Assembly (NCBI GenBank): GCA_002633005.1 | Contig: NMRA01000001.1 | Location: 2,959,695-3,023,694, forward strand | Direction of reading: 5' to 3' | Length of the DNA: 64,000 bases | Origin: Phoronis australis | Taxonomy: Eukaryota > Animalia > Phoronida | Shown here: piece by piece, positions 1 to 13,570 of the stretch | How the letters are laid out: every line of letters begins with the position of its first letter | Position numbering within the stretch: the first letter of the stretch is position 1 | Position numbers and translations under genes: made by a program | Notes under the pieces: generated by a model | Seen by the model: the letters and a program-made list of their open reading frames with translations, nothing else | The model's database searches: none | Told to the model about the DNA's origin: nothing

Positions 1-1817
1 GTAACAAAAATGTTGTAAAAATGACTCAGATCAAAGGCGCTTGATACTTGGAGCACAGAGTTAGGATATATGTTTTGCAGAACGACGAATCAAAGAATTA
101 CTCAAGCTGTTGAAACATATTCAGTGATTAAAGATTCTTTGCTCTCCAACAACTAACGCAATGCGTTTCGTGATTCCACTAATTGTTTTTTGCGTGTGTG
201 TGTATGTATATATAAGGGGTGTCTTAGTTCAAGGATAGGCGATTAAATTAGTAGGACTGAGCTTTTCAAACGAGTCAAACATTTAAGCACCTGCATTTGA
301 GCTCTCAATTTCTACTTTTCAAGAAGCTTCACCCATACAAGCACAAAAGCAGACTCGATCACATATGGCGCAAGGTTTTACTTCATTACAACAATTAATC
401 GGATTCTGTATTAATCATAAACATAATTTAACTTTGTGGGAAAACGCACATTGCGTTAAACAGCTTTGGCGTTGATGGACTTCCTTAAATAATTACGTTT
501 GTATTGAAATCAATAAATCTTGGTACTGGAACGCTGAAGGTTTAATTGATCCGTAAGCGGCAGTTAGTATTAAAAGGTCTTGAAACTGCAGTTAGTGATC
601 ATCTGTGAACCATTCTTTGATTACTAATACACTCACTCTGGTCTTGGTGTCCATTAACCTTTGAACGCTTAGGTAGTCTTCGTCGTTATGTTCAGTGCAC
701 TCTAGTTTCACTAAACGTGATGCGGAAGACATGCCAGCTTTTCCATAACAACGATTTTCGTAATGAGACTTATTGGAATATTCGAAAGAAATGTGTCGTT
801 TGCATGTAATTCAGATGAGTCGTCGAGCATTTTGTTATCAATCTTAAGCGAAACAATTAAAGCGATACGAAAGCCACTGAGCACCAACTACTATCTCCAT
901 CTAGTGTTCATTCTTAGAAGCAGTAGCTCCATATAGTGATAGTGCTGTGCGTGAACTTGGAATTGAATATTTATTCGGTGAAAAGAATTTTTTGTAATTA
1001 TTGGCCTCGCGATCAACCATTTTCTCCTTTACCATAACTTGTGTCGCTGAACCGGAGAAATATGTGAATGGCTAAATCGATTACTGTTTGGTGAAACTGA
1101 TCCCCCGTAGTTGAAAAGGTTGGTTAAAATTGACGTTATTTTATTCAAATGTAACTTGATTTAGTGCAGTGCAAATTTTTATGAATATGAACGTGATTAT
1201 TTGAGTGAACTTGTCAAGTTGCCTCGCGTATTCAAAGTTCACGCAACACTCACTTCCGCTTAATCTTGAGATTTAAGCAGGATTCCAAGTTCACGTACAG
1301 CAATAGGTCACAGAACCAGCCTCAGTTTTCGCTTTCGACATTTATTTTGCCTTGACGCATGCATTTGGAATCAAAAGTTGCCGAATGTGTGTGGACTGGT
1401 GCTGCCGGAGTCTCGGTATTTGGAGACCTTTTAAACCCAATTTAAATATTTTTACACTTCAATTAACATGTAAAAGATATTTTTGAGAAAAAAAAAACAT
1501 TTTAGTACAATTAAATTCTAAAATGATATCATCGGCGACAATGAAACCTCAAAGCTGAACAGAATTACACGAATTTATCTCATCCAACACTTTAACAGTT
1601 GTTCGGAGCATCTCGTAAAAAATTCAGCAGCCCAGCGCTCGATTTCGTTCCTAAATGATTATTCTGGAGAGGGCGCTCCTCTGAGCCGGCTTCGTTCAGC
1701 ACTACATAGTATCAGCGTCAGCCATTTTTACGGCGTCCAGGAACGAAACAACAGAGGCCACCAGTTCAATTTCTGTAAGGTTTGACTTGAAACCTTTGTC
1801 ACAAAAACAATATACCT

Positions 1818-2005
1818 CAGAGGCGGATCTGCAGGGGGGTTCAACCCCGACCCTCGGGACAAGATCAAAAATAAAATTTGAAGAAAACATCGCCAGAAAA
1901 ACCAAATCAACTACTAAAAACCACAAAAAAAATCTCGCTACGCGCCTCGGATTCGCTCGAATCCTAAACCCCCCCCCCTCTACTGAAAACGTAGATCTGC
2001 CACTG
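1818..2005. mobile_element. hAT-like MITE with 5-bp TSD
   Basis: TIRs CAGAGGCGGATCT / AGATCTGCCACTG, poly-G and poly-C subtermini, flanked on both sides by TACCT. Confidence 0.8.
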
Positions 2006-2077
2006 TACCTCTGATCGAAGTTAATAACTTCAAGAAATCAATGCTATACAGAAATAAAGTCTCCCATAATGCGTTTT

Positions 2078-2742
2078 TTGGCCGTAAAACCGATTATGTC
2101 CTGCATATCAGACATCCAGGAAAAATCGGTTAATTCACGAGAAACAGCGCAAAACGACCAGCGATTTCTTCTCTTTTGACATTCAATAAACTGTCAATAC
2201 AGCCAAGTTTTTTCTGTTCTTCATGAATAACTATGAATATCAACAGTTTTCTCATTAACAGTGAGCAAAGTGCCGCCTCCAGCCAATGCGATATTTTTGA
2301 TCACTGAGTTATGGGTTATAAATCTGCATGGCAGCCTTAAACGTGTAAAATTCTCGACAATTTTCACTGATAACATATTTTTTATGTCCCCGGCATTGTG
2401 TATGGTTATNTTGGCCGTAAAACCGATTATGTCCTGCATATCAGACATCCAAGAAAAATCGGTTAATTCACGAGAAACAGCGCAAAACGACCAGCGATTT
2501 CTTATCTTTCGACATTCAATAAACTGTCAATACAGCCAAGTTTTTTCTGTTCTTCATGAATAACTATGAATATCAACAGTTTTCTCATTAACAGTGAGCA
2601 AAGTGCCGCCTCCAGCCAATGCGATATTTTTGATCACTGAGTTATGGGTTATAAATCTGCATGGCAGCATTAAACGTGTAAAATTCTCGACAATTTTCAC
2701 TGATAGCATATTTTTTATGTCCCCGGCATTGTGTATGGCTAT
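2078..2742. repeat. Near-identical ~333-bp tandem duplication separated by a single n (probable assembly artefact)
   Basis: 2078-2409 and 2411-2742 differ at only a handful of positions; the junction is the n at 2410. Confidence 0.85.
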
Positions 2743-5700
2743 TCACACATAAACGTGAATCGTTAAATGTCATAAATGCGTAATGTCGAAATACGGCCTT
2801 GTTTGTAGTCACCGACAGCGATCCTCACACGACGCCCCGTTTCTTTAGACCTCATCAGTTGTCGCTGTTAATCTTGCCCGGCTTCATTATTTATTCCACA
2901 GAAATTTACGCGTCGTTCTGACTACACAGTATAATTAGAACCATGAGAAAAGATACGTGTTGGCAAAGGACAGAGTTGCGGTGTATGAGAAAAGATTTAG
3001 CCTCGGCTAAAAATGCTAGCGATCGTATTCATAACCAAAGAACACTGCTGATGAGAGCACCCACATAGTCTGTGAGACAGCCATTTTGAATTTGAACACG
3101 AAACGGGATTTAAACAAAAAAACGGCGGATCAATTTCATGCAGACATATACACCAGGAGTTTAAAGTTGCCAAATCTTTGGTTGTTAGCAGTTTTTATCG
3201 GTTTTGATTTGTTTGAAATGGAAATTAGACAAGATTTCATGCCTGAAGTATTATTACAAATTCGTGATTTTTCCACAAATACACTGAGATCATTGACATT
3301 TGATTTCCAATGTGTTAAACTTTTTGGAGACACAGATTATTGCTAGAGAGTGCAGGGAAACGCGGATTTTGGAGATTTTTGATCAAAGACATGGGTTCTT
3401 CGATGTAACACAAAAAATCTGGCGGCGAAGTGCTGATCATCCAAGCCGACGTGAAAAACTCAAAGCTAATATCGCGAATGCGCGTGTGTGTGAATGTGAG
3501 AGAGAAAGGAAAAATGCAAAGAGCTGAAGAACATTTGAGGAAAAAAGTCTGAGTATTGGCAACGAAATCAAACGGTGGACTGTCGAGCGAGATAAATTGA
3601 ACATTCCCAGAAATATGGAGCTTCTCTAGTGATACATCCGGGTGCCAGAATTTGCACTCCTCACGTGTCTTCCGGAATACCTTCATATCCATGCTTACCT
3701 TTCATTGAATTTCATCGTAAACCTAGAATTGTTTTTGAAAATCATATAATGGTTCCAGTCTGATACTAATTAACCGATTGAATCCTTCAATGAGTCTAAA
3801 AACACGAAGTTGATCTTGGCTAGTCGCCATAATTATACAATTTTTTTCTAAACGGACAAAACTGCTTTGACAACTCGGGCTTTAGCTCTAAAATTAAATA
3901 AATGAAGACAAGTCGAGCACTGATCTCGCAGATTTTTGCGAAAATAAAAACCAAAACAAAGACGCATTTATGAGAAAACTCGAAGTATAGTTTAAGTTTG
4001 TCAAAGAAAGGTTTGGTTTGTATAATTCTGTTCAACTTTGCGCTTTTATTGAATGAAACGGTGACGATTCCCAGAGTCGATGAGTACCCGTTGGGATAGT
4101 CTAAACGGTTCCACTTTTTACAGAATGCGGTTTGCGCGAAAATAAACTTGATTCATCCCGGTGTGACATAGATAGGTGCACAATAACGTGATACAGAAAT
4201 TCAGTAACCAATTGCAACGAATTAATGAGGTGCGTGCGATTTTGATTGCAGCTAAATTCATTGGTGTTATTAGCTCTCAAGTAACCACAATAGTCGGATG
4301 TAACGCACCCGTATTTTATGAACCAGTTGGATGCCCGTTATTCAGTGGAAAAAATGCTTCTCAAAATTCGGACACGTTATATCCCTCCATTACCTCCCAC
4401 TGCGCACATTTTGCTTGCTTGCGTAAAGCAACAATCGTTGCGCTGGTGCGCAAATATGTACTCGATGTATGTTCGATTTCGTCTTCAAATATCCTCGTTG
4501 ACAGGATTAATTTAACATGATTAGTATTTTCTGAAAATATTGACACAGTTTCGTATGTTTTTATACAGGCCCAGTGCGTACGAGAGAGCGAGCTGTTGTA
4601 TTAGATTTAATCAATACGTCGTGTGGTTAGAGCTAAGGCACATATGTACAATGTATTGTTACTTGGTGACTTTTGTCTAGTTTACCAGACACGGTTGCTG
4701 GTCACCTGTAACTCTGCAAGTTTTCCTTTACTTTAGATTAGGCGATAGCTAACTTTTCGTTCTATTCTGAAGTCCTCATATTGGATTGAGTTCACTGCCT
4801 AAATAAGGGGTGACAGTTAAGAATACGAAACAATTGCATGTTTGTGCGATTTCATCTCGTCTTTAAGCTGATCTCTAAGCCTGACTTCCAGAAGCAGTCA
4901 AGTTTTCATGAGAAAACGGTCAGATAGATTATTATAAATATTGTGGTATTATTCTTTATTAACATATATTCGATAATGAACGACTCCAAAATATATTCGA
5001 GTTCGCAGGCAGGTAGTTGGTAGATATTTGATGGCTTATGACGGTTTGTAAAGCACAGTTTCATGTTCCCTAAGAATAAAATGTGCGTGTGTTGAATGCA
5101 GTGTTGTGTGGCAGTACATATACTAGACAACGTAGACAAATTCCTGTGGCAGAATACAATTTTGTTCCACGCTGAAGTTAAAGCTTCCGACAAAATAGTG
5201 CAGTGTGGTAGTTTTTTTTTTGAAACGCCTTTCAAATAAATTTAAGTTTCCAGTAAACTTTGTTAGCTAGTGGAGCTGAGGAAAATTAGCATGTGTTTCA
5301 CTCGGAATGACTCATAATGTACTCAGTCGCTCACCTGTGTATAATGTTTCAACTAATTGGGTATATTTTAACAGTATACAATAATTATGAAAAAATAAAT
5401 TGAATCCAAAGATCCTGTCGCCGACTCCATTTGTAGTACACCTGGAGTTTAACATAGAAAACTGTGTAATTATAGTTAAATGTATTGATGAAACCGTGTT
5501 TTGGAGACTACTAGACGTCAAAGTTAAAGTTTAATTGAAGCATTAGATCTACACGAATATTGAATATTTCTGTTTACAGTAATTACCAGATCCTGGGCAA
5601 AACGAGGTTCTTCATCATAAACATCGCCTATATTTGTTTGCACGTGTAATTTAAGAATAAACCAGTCGATGAATTAGGTATGTCATAAGTGACGTCACAT

Positions 5701-5795
5701 TAATCACCCAATGATGATTATTGTTACTTTGAAAGATATGGGGCTATAAGAGGCTCGCGTGGCAAAGCAACGGCTACTTGTATAGGTTCAATGAA

Positions 5796-5948
5796 GGCGT
5801 GCATTCAGTAGACGCTAGGACCTACGCTAGGACCTATCTTAAACCTAGTCAAAGTCACGTGTTCTCATTTAAAATGCATGGCAATATCTCACGTAATCTC
5901 GCGAAGTCTTGCTTTTCAGCGAGGTCCTAGCGTTACTGAACGGTAGGC
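5796..5948. mobile_element. ~150-bp MITE, family copy 1 (Harbinger-like termini)
   Basis: Inverted ends TTCAGTAGACGCTAGGACCT / AGGTCCTAGCGTTACTGAA; homologous copies at ~51609 and ~57562 in the opposite orientation. Confidence 0.75.
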
Positions 5949-5955
5949 AGGGCTA

Positions 5956-6381
5956 CCGTATTACCCAGAATTAAGCGCGTGCTCCTATGTGCGCAACGAT
6001 GCAGTTTTACCCAAAAAGGTTTTCCCATGGGTTTTCCACTAACATGTCCCACGCATGCGCCTAAAATCCGCAATTAGGCGTATACGGTGCCCGGATTATA
6101 GGCGCACCATGATTTTTTCAACGAATACACTACCGAACCATTTCATTTCACTCATCATGTGGCGTCAGTGAAATAAAAGGGTTAGAATAATGATTAAAAA
6201 TTAAAAATATACTATTTTAAAACCAACAGCTTTATTTTTTAGAAAACCCTTAGCCGTAAATGTCGATAAAAGAACATTTGGTTCCTACTCAAATGTCCCG
6301 CAACGGGAGCATGCGCCTAAGTTCCGCAATTAGGCGCAGCTGAACAATTTCGCGCATACGCTCAATTGCCGGGTCATACGG
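5956..6381. mobile_element. Tc1/mariner (Tc2/pogo-type) MITE
   Basis: TA|CCGTATTACCCAGAATTAAGCG ... CGCTCAATTGCCGGGTCATACGG|TA; TA TSD; internal repeat GCATGCGCCTAA..TCCGCAATTAGGCG twice. Confidence 0.8.
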
Positions 6382-7781
6382 TAGTTGGGGACACAAATTG
6401 CGAGAAAATACCAAAATTAATGAACACTTTTATTTGAAATCCAACTAAATTCAAGAACACCAGGCGAAATTTGAAGTATATCGATGATTTATGACGCACA
6501 AATTCGAAATTACAACTTCCAAGTCGCCATTGTCACCAAACCAACTCTAACTCTGCTAAAATGACACTAAAGTCTTACCTTACAGGTGGCCACAGATGTT
6601 GAAGTTAATTCTTGCAGACGTCAATTATTACAGTATTATTTAGACTAGATAGAAATCCCGTCTACGACTCAGATTATTTGTCATGTTAGAACTTGAAGAA
6701 GGAGCTGAGAGAAATAAGAATTGAAACGAGAACGCAGAGCAAATTTGCACAAAGCTAGATACTAAATGGAACTTCATTAGGACGATGCTGGCTAAATGGA
6801 ACGGACTTATTTTTTGTTTTTGAAACAATTAGTTTAGATTAACTCATGGCTATCCAAAGTGAGGCAATCCTCTCCTGGTGACGTACATCCCATGTAAAAA
6901 TAGTTTTTACTCTTGGGAAATACTTTTAAGAGGTACTTGCACGCATTTTCACTGAAACTTATTCTGAAACACTGGAGTAGCTCAAAACAGCTGACTACGA
7001 TAACTGTCCAAAACGCAAAAAATCCGGAGAACGATTCATTTGATTATTACGCCATCTGGTGGTGGAATGACACGTAATTAGTACCACTAGACCTAATAGA
7101 AACGCGCGCAAGCTTGTATTTGTCGTTCAAAATAGACTAATTCATCATTCATTTACTAAACTGGGCACCGAAAAGTGGGATTTTCTACGCAGAACGGTAA
7201 TGCAGGACGAAACGTATTTAGAATAAAAAATTAAACGAATCTAAGTGTACATGCTCCACTAGTTAAAACCATACAGTCTGCAATTTTATATTTCTCCGTA
7301 AGATTTCATCACGTTTTCAGATCACCATAATATAATTTTAAGTTGTTTATTGTCTTATTGTCGATTATTATAAATTTAATTCTGTCCACAAGTGACTTCA
7401 TTTACTTCGCCTCATTTATTTTTGTATGATTTTTGGGTCAGAGTTCAGGGGTCTTCCCAGTCTTTCTCTAAACCAAATGTATTTGAACATTGGGAAACCA
7501 GGTCGCAAGCTGGTGCATAGAAACCGGTAGATTAGCGTCTCCTTTGTTCCCGTTGTTATAATAAAGATAATGACAAGCATTTATCGGTAACAGTCTGATG
7601 TACGCCGAAGATACGATATCTACGAGTCCGGTATTGTTATATCCAACAAAGACACAACAAAGGAAAACAGTGGTACGTCCCATAGATGATAACCGTGCGA
7701 CCAGCTTACGCCAGTCGGATGGTTTTCGCAAATTACCTTGCGATCTGTAAACCATATAACCTGACAGCCATTTGAACTGAG

Positions 7782-7995
7782 GAGGCAGTGTTGCCTAGTG
7801 TGATAGGTGTTCGCTTTCGAGGTCGTGGGTTCGAGTCCCACTGGGTCACACTGCTAAACCCTTGAGTCAGTTTTCTAGCTCCTCAGCTCCGTTTTAATTA
7901 TATATTGATAAAGCATAAAAATGGTTCCAGGTGATCAATGCAATGGGCCCACATGCGCGGCTTGCGCATATCTAGTACGACGTGTATCAGACTGT
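7782..7995 (+). mobile_element. tRNA-derived SINE (degenerate)
   Basis: A-box-like TGCCTAGTGTG and B-box GGTTCGAGTCCC, with no complete cloverleaf, followed by a non-tRNA body. 3' limit approximate. Confidence 0.55.
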
Positions 7996-10900
7996 TTGCA
8001 ATTTTTATGGGCAACTGAAACTTAAAAAGCAACTAAATGTGCCATGTCTGAAGCAATATCGGCCCGCCAGTTTCTTCAAGCCTAGAAAACACTTCTAATC
8101 TCAGTATGGAAGACGAAAATCCCGAATTCATAACAGTAAATGGCTATAAATCAAAAAAATGATAGAAGGCGCGGGTTTGTTTGCCCTTTTAAATGTATGA
8201 AAGAAATTTGAAACTTTTTGGTCGTTCGGAGTACAGTGTGTGCCTGTGGTTGCTCGATATAAGTGCAGAACTATTATTAACCTACTCCCTTTCTGTCTTT
8301 GCCGTGCAAATAATTACTGACCATCGAATCTGGATCAGTTTTCAATCTGCGATGCTTTCATATTAAATTCTATAACAGTAGCACTCAAAATTGATTTCGT
8401 GTCAGTCCGCGTAACGTCATTAGTTCGGCTTTATGCCAGTTGTATATCGCTTGAGAATTTAAGATAGCATTTAATCACGGATGTTCATGAACAGCAAATC
8501 TAAATGTAAAATTCTCTTCAAAGTGTTGCCCAAGCCTCTACTAATGTCAATGAAATACATCATGTGAAGTATTACTTCCATTTGTACCGTAGCCTGTTTT
8601 TTCATAATACAACATTCACGTATTGTATAAAATTATGTTATATTTTTTCATCGCCACCTACATTACTTCTAGTGCATTCTTTAAGGATTTTTTGTGTCGA
8701 CTTCAGTTACGATACAACTCTTCATTGACCATTTTCAGGTCTTTTGATTTTCTACGGTTTTAGAAGTTTTAAACATCGATTTTTCTTTAGAGGGGACAGG
8801 GTCTAAGATTTTCGTTTTCCTTGGAACAGCAGAGAAATCGGACGTGAAAATAAGACTTGAAAGTTATTTTCCATCAAAATGAAGCCCTGATGGCTGATAA
8901 CTTCTTTGGATGAGGGTAAATCATAATTTTTCCGAACCATGGTTCCCTGAGTATTTTAATACTAAAAAAGTACGCATATATAGGTAACACAAAGTGGCTT
9001 GCAGTTAAGATTTCCTTGAAATTCATGTTCAGCGATTTTGAATTTTTGTAATCTACATGGAAAATCACACAATCTAAGGCCTTGACCGCACCTCACGGTT
9101 TTTTGGAGATGCAACTTTAATTCCTTTGCGTTTTCTGTCCGCACGAACACGTTAATGCATGAACGATCGTGACGTCAGCGTTTTCGAAAAATTGCTTACA
9201 CCTGGGTAAATACACCCTAACCACATGTTTATGGCGTTGCACAATTGTGCAGTGGAAACATTTACATAGAGGTCGAATAATCGATATTACAAAACAAATA
9301 GCAAATATTTTAATCAACAAAATATGTCGAGTGATTTGGACAGATTAGTTATAAACTCATACTGCGAAGTCATAACTCTCCACATTGACCGCCCATACCT
9401 ATTGAACTCTGCTACGGTGTAATAAAACGGTTGTCAACCCGGACAACATCGCAAACCATTTTTTCTTCAACTTCGCCATTTTGCAGTTGTGTGTCCGGTA
9501 ACAATACACGACATGCGCAAAGCGATTTGTGCCGTGACACCACTTGTGTGATTGTCGTCTGGACTTGCGCCTAATCGGACACAAGCTGCCCCAGGTGCTA
9601 CTACGGCTAGTTAATTTTCCGTCTAGATACGGCTTTTGCTATCCAGGTCTCGATTTTCCTCACTGTTCCTGGTTGCGAAGGAACGTATAAACGATCACGT
9701 TTCAGCGGCCTAAATTCTGACTCACGTTCACGTACATGCATATGTTACTTCCCGCGTCAGTTTCTGACAAATTTAAAATTAGTGCTTGGTCTCGTACAAT
9801 GACGTTAAGTTTTATTAAAGACTAAAATGTTAACACGGGCACTAGTCGTTTGATCAGTTAACATTGTGGGTTGCATTCATTGTCTTTTATTAAAAAAAGA
9901 TCGAAATAATTGCCCAGTAAATTTCCAGAAAATGCCCTAGTAAGATATATCACACGCAAGAGTCGGCAAGATGGCAATGCAATGTTTAAAACTGGTATTT
10001 GATGTTATGTAAATTATTCAATCCTGAGTTTTCTTTGAAAATATATATGCACACAGGTTGCAACTAGGTGGGGGGGAGGTTGATGAAGTTTGAAATAAGT
10101 TAACTGAGATTAGCGTTGGTTAGTTTATCTTAAAACATGGTTTCATTGATTTTGAGATTATGTTACATATATAACACCCGTATACACTCAGGTGACGATC
10201 GTCGAGTTATTAAAATCACTCGGGTTAAAAATTGTGCGTGCCTGCGCTTGCTCGCGCGTGTTAATTGACCTTCAGTTGCAGAGCGTTAGTTTGTTAAGAA
10301 TCAATCATCTCCAATTACTTAATTCAAATTGTTATCGGTTCTTCGGCAGGATTTCCGGTTTCAAAGATTTTATCATGACTTCTCATAGCGCAGACACGTG
10401 TTGATGAACAACAAACATATCAATTTGCGACTCCGTTACTTTGTCCGTGATCGAAAGTACATCTACAAACAACTGGAGGGTGCACACGTAACCACTGCTC
10501 GAAATACCCTTATCAATTCATATTTCATGAATTTGTCGTATGATAGTATCAATTAATATGGAACGAGAATAGCTAGGGAACTTTTGTTTTACTCTCAGTA
10601 ATTTATTAATAAACTGCTGCGTTGTGACGAACAACGGTCTGTTACATCAGATCAAACCGGACAGATTTTGATTTACGCGGCGAACGGAGTACTTCAAGCA
10701 TGCGCTTCACAAGGGTTAAACTGATGGATTGAAAACACTTTAACATGGAATTCAACTGTAAAGATATATATAATAGCCAGTCAACTTAGTTTTAAGTCGA
10801 TGTGTCTCCTACAAGGACTAGGTTCGCATGATTCCCAAAAGCTTTAATTTCCCAAGCAAGATCAGTTGACAAATCAATTCAAACGCGTTTTGGTTCTCAA

Positions 10901-11893
10901 AATCGATACAATTCAATTCAGAGTGAGAATCCCATTGACGATATCACACTTATTCACGACACTATGCTCACTCGCTTTAGTGCCAGTGGCGCCATTATGT
11001 GCAAGATCGGAGAGTGACGGTCAGATGTAACGCCACGCACAATTTGGCTAATTTACTATCGGCTTCTGCTCATGCGTACCCTCAATGAACTGGCTTAGGT
11101 ACTGCAAACAGACGGTCTTACCTGTAAATGCAAGTAACCACATGTCGAAAACGGTGCACGCGCGGTTTAGCCTGAAGGTTTAGTTGGTATTTTGACTCCG
11201 TTCCAGCGTCATTTTGAAGCCAATGAATACTTTCACGTTGTTCAACTATTCACTACAGCGCAGTGCGCGATTGAAATATTGAAGAGCCCTTATATATCTA
11301 AATACGTCGAGTCGACATCGATCGATTTGGAAGTTCGCGTTGTGTTTAATAAAGGACAGCTCTCATTAACACTCGCCTCAAGGGTGTGGTTGTGAACTCG
11401 CTTGGAAACTGGAATTGAAGCCGTGCAGTTGCGATTTGAATTGCCATAATTTCCCGTTTTTTATACACAATCTCGGCAAACCGTTTTATAAGCAGCAAAT
11501 TACAAGGCGACAAGACTTTGAAGATGGCAACACGTGGAGCGCATTTAGGCCTGTAAGCGCCTATATTTCTAGATGTCTTATGATCGAGACACTGGCTACT
11601 CACTTTTCGGCCTTTTGCAAATATACCTTTCGTGGCAGCCAATATTCATAAGATTGGAATGCGTTTATTTTATAGTTTGTTGCATTGTTAAATTTCACAC
11701 AGTTTGTAGAATACTTGACATCACCTTTCTTTGAGCAAGTCTTAGTAAGGTATACAATGCCCTTGAGGCGATTCAGCTCAAGATCATGTTGACAGATCGA
11801 GCTATTAGGGGACCTGGCCATTTTCTTGCCTAAACGCCAGGTGTCGCACATCAACATGTTACCATATTTGTGCACTGATGTAGTCCTACGACG

Positions 11894-12160
11894 CGGTAGC
11901 GGATCAAGGATACCATAAGGGGGAGGGGGGTCCAACGTTTTGCATCGGAGCATCGGGCAAAGCGCGATTGTATGTATCAGCGGCCTGAAAGTTGCGGGAG
12001 CTGGGGATGTCGACCTGCTGTTCGAAAAATTTATCTCGTTGGACAAAAAAAAAACGGGAGCACGATACCACCGCGGTTTGGAGTTCCTCCTGATCCTCGC
12101 TTGCGGCAGCTAAGGGGGGGAGGGCGGGCCTCCTGGGTCCCCTCCCTAAAACCGCCTATG
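11894..12160. mobile_element. Degenerate hAT-like MITE
   Basis: Ends CGGTAGCGGATC / ACCGCCTATG resemble the 1818 element; G and A homopolymer tracts inside; TSD not clear. Confidence 0.5.
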
Positions 12161-13570
12161 CGCCATCAACGAAATCGTCAGTAGACGATTAGCCACACAT
12201 AGGGGACCTACTCGGTAGTATAATTTTTTTGATTGTTTCATGTTAAGGTGGCCCCTCTGAAGTATTTTAGCTGGGTTGTAATCTCTACACAAACTTTTGG
12301 GCATTTTTAACTGTGCACCATATTGATACCGCCATTTTTGCTTATAACTTCCTTACCAAGCAACAGAGGCAGAATATTTTCATGTTTTCGCCTCAGTTTC
12401 CAATTCAGAGAATTCAACGGAGCTCTGGGTTGATCGTGAATTTGCACAATTTATGCAAATTAAGGCCTCTACCTGTACTTCTAACTGCGGTACAAAGCAC
12501 CGTAAGTAAATGATATTGATGTTCTGATAACATCCATGTTTTTATGGTCAATTAATTTAACGAAATGATAAATTTGCATAATCTATGCAAATAATGGTCG
12601 CCACTATTCAAATTTTGTGGTCAATGAAATTAATGTCTGCTTGTGGGGATTGGAGTTTAAGGGGTGATAGCTGGATGTTAGAGGAGCTATCGTGGAATTG
12701 TTTCCATCTCTTGGTACTGTAAGCAGCGAAGTCCTTACGACTATTACGATCAATCATGTTGTACACTGAGCAAGATGACTTCTGGATGTACGACATGAAG
12801 GCTTGTGAATTGTGTGTAATTCCATAACGCACTGAAAGTGGACTCCCAGATATCTAAGGTGAGTCACGGTAGTCCAGCAGGTTCAAATAGCAATACTATG
12901 AGCATGCATTTCCTGGATGGTTCAAGAACCACATTTTATTATAATAGAATGTACAATCTAAAAACACATTTATACTTAATACTGCAATAAGTCTATGTGC
13001 AGTTAAATTTTACCAATTTGTACCTGTTTTACAATTCTTTAATTTTCTTGTTCTTAATTTCTGTTTGACTTCTATGCTCTAAAAAGATTGTCTGTATTCT
13101 AATATAGGAAATAAACTGTTATCTTGTAATAAAATAAGCTACACTTTTGTTTCACTTTTTAAGTCCATGGGCTCCATCGACAGTATAAAGAACTGGATGA
13201 TGGCATTTCACTAGTCAAATGTTCCGTTTTGTTGGACTGTCCCGCCCTCTAACGGTTGTTGTACCGCCATACGATTGTTTATACAATAGCATTCATCCAA
13301 CAATAATCAACTGGTTACGTTTTCGTGGGATCGCCCAATCAAAGCCCGGATATTCATCGGGAGAGACGTGTTTTTAAATAAGCTTGAAATACTAAGGGAT
13401 TTGGCTCATCGGCAGATAGTTGGAGTGTTGGCTGCGGAGCTAAGGATTTCTGTTCCGTGCCACTGCTAATTTTTGTTAAGTTACTTTTGTAGCCGACGAT
13501 GTACACGATCCTTTTAACTCCATGACAGTTCTTGTAAACTAGGTAATGGCAACCCCGTGATTTATGAGAA

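Noticed and set aside
8770-9120. Possible Kolobok-type element ends (also near 1430-3990, 12243 and 39990-40596)
   Set aside because: TTAA-like ends are suggestive, but I could not pair convincing TIRs, so they are not reported as features.
1-13500. Numerous 60-148-aa ORFs in the left part of the window
   Set aside because: No recognisable domains or consistent exon chains; the lengths are expected by chance, and many begin at non-ATG codons or lie in repeats.
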